Source: Candidatus Eiseniibacteriota bacterium
GTDB taxonomy: Bacteria > Eisenbacteria > RBG-16-71-46 > CAZAMP01
Direction of reading: 5' to 3'
Length of the DNA: 64,000 nt
NCBI GenBank assembly: GCA_965224245.1
Contig: OZ245046.1
Coordinates: 5,728,001-5,792,000 of the forward strand
The notes under the pieces were generated by a model. It made no database searches. It was not told the DNA's origin and saw only the letters and a program-made list of their open reading frames with translations. Below, piece by piece: positions 61,426 to 64,000 of the stretch. Numbering within the stretch: the stretch's first letter is position 1; the number at the start of each line of letters is the position of its first letter. The position numbers and the translations under genes were made by a program.

Positions 61426-61863
61426 ATGCGTGACGTTCGGACGCACCGGAGGCGCCGGCGCCTCGTGGTCGCGACGTTCGCGATCGGACTGTGCGGGGCG
61501 AGCATCGCGGGATGCGGCGACGGCGATGCGACGGGAGTCCCCGAGTATCGGCACTCGTGGGCATCCGTCAACTCGGTGCGCGTGGTCAGGCAGAGCGGCA
61601 CCGCCGTCGAGCTGGAGCTGTCCGGCTGGCTGCCGGAAGGCTGCAGCCGGTTCGACACGCCCGCGGTCTCGTTCACGCCCCCCGACTCGTTTCTGGTTCG
61701 CGTGGGCAGCAAGCGCCCGGCGCGCGCGGCGTGCACGCAGGCGCTGATCGAGTACACGGACATTGTCGCGCTCGACGTGCCCGGAGACGGCGTCTACGGC
61801 GTCCGGTTTCAGAGCTCGGTCGGGCCGGCCTTCGTGTGGCAGCTGGTCGTCGACTCGCACTGA
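61426..61863 (+). CDS. Hypothetical lipoprotein
   Basis: GGAGG RBS; SIAGC lipobox; GWLPEGC...ACTQAL Cys pair. Confidence 0.7.
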   Translation: MRDVRTHRRRRRLVVATFAIGLCGASIAGCGDGDATGVPEYRHSWASVNSVRVVRQSGTAVELELSGWLPEGCSRFDTPAVSFTPPDSFLVRVGSKRPARAACTQALIEYTDIVALDVPGDGVYGVRFQSSVGPAFVWQLVVDSH

Positions 61864-61889
61864 GCCGCCGCCGACGAGAGGAGCCTGAT

Positions 61890-62372
61890 CTGTCGCCCGA
61901 CGACGTCGAGCCGGTCACGATCCGGCGCGAGCCCATCACGTCACCGATCGCCACCGAGCTGATCAGGTCGCTGAACGCCGAGCTGTCCGCGACGTATCCC
62001 GAGCCCGGGGCGACCCACTTTCGTCTGGGCGAGGACGAGGTCGCCGGCGGGCGGGGGGCGTTTCTGATCGCCTACGCCGGCACGCATCCGGTGGCCTGCG
62101 GCGCGGTTCGCCGCCTCGACGCCGCGACCGCCGAGCTCAAGCGCATGTACGTGATCCCCGACCGGCGGGGTACAGGGCTGGGACGCGTGCTGCTCGCGGC
62201 GCTCGAGGCCGAGGCCGCGCGTCTCGGAGCCGAGCGCCTCGTCCTGGAGACCGGCACCCGGCAGTCGGCGGCGATCTCCCTGTACGAAACGTCGGGCTTC
62301 ATCCGCATCCCTCCTTTCGGTGAGTACTGCCTGTCGCCGGACACCAGCATCTGCATGGAGAAGCGCCTCTGA
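61890..62372 (+). CDS. GNAT acetyltransferase (probable CTG start)
   Basis: AELKRMYV..RRGTGLG, LETG..Q..AI.LY..GF and S.CMEK motifs. Confidence 0.85.
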   Translation: MSPDDVEPVTIRREPITSPIATELIRSLNAELSATYPEPGATHFRLGEDEVAGGRGAFLIAYAGTHPVACGAVRRLDAATAELKRMYVIPDRRGTGLGRVLLAALEAEAARLGAERLVLETGTRQSAAISLYETSGFIRIPPFGEYCLSPDTSICMEKRL

Positions 62373-62468
62373 TGCTCGTCGGCGGCACATCGCCGACGTG
62401 CTAGCATTCCACTTCCAGTTCGGGTCCGGCACGCTCGACCACGCCACGTCTCACGAGGAGTCCCGTAC

Positions 62469-63119
62469 ATGTCGCTGTTCGCGTCCAAGACGAAGATGAA
62501 GAGCCTCGGCGAGCAGTCCGGTCTACGCATCTATCAGACCGACCTTCTGTATCTGCTCCTACCCAAGGAGTCGACCAACCGCGTGATCATCTCGGCCCAC
62601 GGCGGTCACGCGGTCCTGAGCAAGACGAATCAGTTCGAGGTGCCGACCGACGTCGTGCTGCGCTTCTACTCGGATGACACGAAGTCCGTGATCGATCCCG
62701 GGTTCAACGACTTCTACCGGGGCGAGGCGGCGCCGAAGGAGATCATCACCGAGGGCGACATGTGCTTCGACTATCTCCTGACGAAGTACCAGGGACGGCA
62801 CGGCAACAAGTCGGAGACGTACGAGTCCATTACCACGGTGATCAACGAGACGGTGGCCGCGAAGCAGCAGCTCCTCGGCGGCGCGCAGAAGCTGGAGGCG
62901 GGCGCCCGCAAGGACAAGCTCCTTCAGGGTGCGTCTCGGGAGAAGGTCGCCGCGGTCGTCACCGTGCGCAATCGCTGGTTCAAGGGCGAGGCGACCCTGT
63001 CGATGGTCGTCCACGCGGTCAAGAAGCACACGCCGGCCATCACGATCTTCGACTGTCTGTTCTGCCGGAGCACGATGTTCGGCGGGAGCGACGCGGTTCC
63101 GATCACGTCGCGGTCGTAG
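62469..63119 (+). CDS. Hypothetical protein with Stv ('putative adhesin')-like domain
   Basis: GAGGAG RBS; IISAHGG...VP...LRFY...CFDY.L.KY...CLFCRS pattern. Confidence 0.6.
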   Translation: MSLFASKTKMKSLGEQSGLRIYQTDLLYLLLPKESTNRVIISAHGGHAVLSKTNQFEVPTDVVLRFYSDDTKSVIDPGFNDFYRGEAAPKEIITEGDMCFDYLLTKYQGRHGNKSETYESITTVINETVAAKQQLLGGAQKLEAGARKDKLLQGASREKVAAVVTVRNRWFKGEATLSMVVHAVKKHTPAITIFDCLFCRSTMFGGSDAVPITSRS

Positions 63120-63209
63120 GGTGGCACGACACCGTCGGATCGAGTTCGCGGCCTCTCGGCCTGAACGCCCCAGGGCCCCGAGGGCCGGAGTACCCTCGGG
63201 CGATCCGCC

Positions 63210-64000
63210 TCACGGGAGCCGCACGAGCTTCTGGTACGTGACCTCGTTCCGGACCGCCAGCCGCGCGAAGTAAGCGCCCGGGGCGGCCGAGCGTCCCCGG
63301 TCGTCCTCGCCGTCCCACGTGATCTCGTGGTAGCCGGGATCGAGCACGGCGCTCGCCAGGCGCCGGACGCGCCGGCCCGACGCGTCGACGATCGAGACAT
63401 CCGCGGGGCCCGCCGCGGCAAGCTGGAAGCGCACCGCGGTCTCGGCCCGGAACGGGTTCGGCACCGCGGCCACGACCGCCGTGACCCCGGGAGGATCGGC
63501 GGGCGAGTCCGGCGGCGAGGCGGCGATCGGCGCGGTCCACTTGAAGACGTCGCCGTTCGGCGTCGTCGCGGCGAGGATGCTGCCGTCCTCCAGCCGGAGA
63601 AGGTGCTGGACGTCCCGTGCGCCGTCGAGCACGCCCTCGGGGTTCCACGTGCTCCCGTCGTCCTCGGTCCGCACCACGACCAGATCCGGGCCCGGCTGGA
63701 AGCCGACCAGGACGTCCCCGTCGGGTGTCTCGGCGAGCGCGTAGTTGCGACACGACGTCAGCTCTCCCGCGGTCACCGGCGTGGTCATGACCCACGAGTC
63801 GAGTGCCCCCGCCGAGTCCGAGTAGGCCACGAAGCCGCCGTGGTCGTCGTGGCTCCAGCCACACATCCACATGCGCCCGGCGTCGTCCTCGAGGAACGCC
63901 TCGATGCTGGATTGTCCCGTGAACGGCTGGATGACCTCCCAGTCGCACGGCCCGCCGCCGCAGTCCGCGTGACCATCGGGGAGGCGGCGATACGGAAGCC
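63210..64000 (-). CDS. Exported beta-propeller-like protein with FlgD-Ig/T9SS-like CTD (5' end outside window or start uncertain)
   Basis: Asp-box-like TEDDGSTW; PNPFR...IVDASGRRVRRL...WDGEDDRG...PGAYFARL tail. Confidence 0.75.
   Translation of the reverse strand, partial: LPYRRLPDGHADCGGGPCDWEVIQPFTGQSSIEAFLEDDAGRMWMCGWSHDDHGGFVAYSDSAGALDSWVMTTPVTAGELTSCRNYALAETPDGDVLVGFQPGPDLVVVRTEDDGSTWNPEGVLDGARDVQHLLRLEDGSILAATTPNGDVFKWTAPIAASPPDSPADPPGVTAVVAAVPNPFRAETAVRFQLAAAGPADVSIVDASGRRVRRLASAVLDPGYHEITWDGEDDRGRSAAPGAYFARLAVRNEVTYQKLVRLP

Overview
64 kb of a high-GC (roughly 70% by eye) diderm bacterial chromosome with about 60 protein genes. I found no rRNA, tRNA, CRISPR array, transposase or integrase. 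Exported proteins with FlgD-Ig/T9SS-like C-terminal domains and a fused CcoNO point to an FCB-related lineage such as Eisenbacteria, Krumholzibacteria or Latescibacteria; this placement is inference only. Housekeeping genes: arcC (partial), serS, apaG, a DacA-type carboxypeptidase, an aspartate aminotransferase, lipA, lipB, fabI, neuC, groES, groEL and cysQ. There is a low-oxygen block (FixL/FixJ, a FixT-like pseudo-receiver, CBS protein, CoA-transferase-GNAT fusion, tandem USP, and a cbb3 oxidase cluster) and two sigma54 activators. Main observations beyond the ORF track: (1) a hidden SelW/Rdx-family selenoprotein (2873..2649, CxxU, in-frame UGA plus SECIS-like hairpin); (2) three unrelated signal-peptide proteins sharing a C-terminal xP[IVT]xxxSWSx[LI][RK]xx[YF] tail, a candidate protein-sorting signal; (3) four sigma54 -24/-12 promoters, one in front of groESL with enhancer-like and IHF-like sites and one in front of a ~330 nt structured non-coding region; (4) a Psp-like SPFH/zinc-ribbon operon divergent from a sigma54 activator with a non-phosphorylatable receiver; (5) a lipase-CHAT (caspase-like) fusion. 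All family assignments come from motif recognition by eye; no database search was run.
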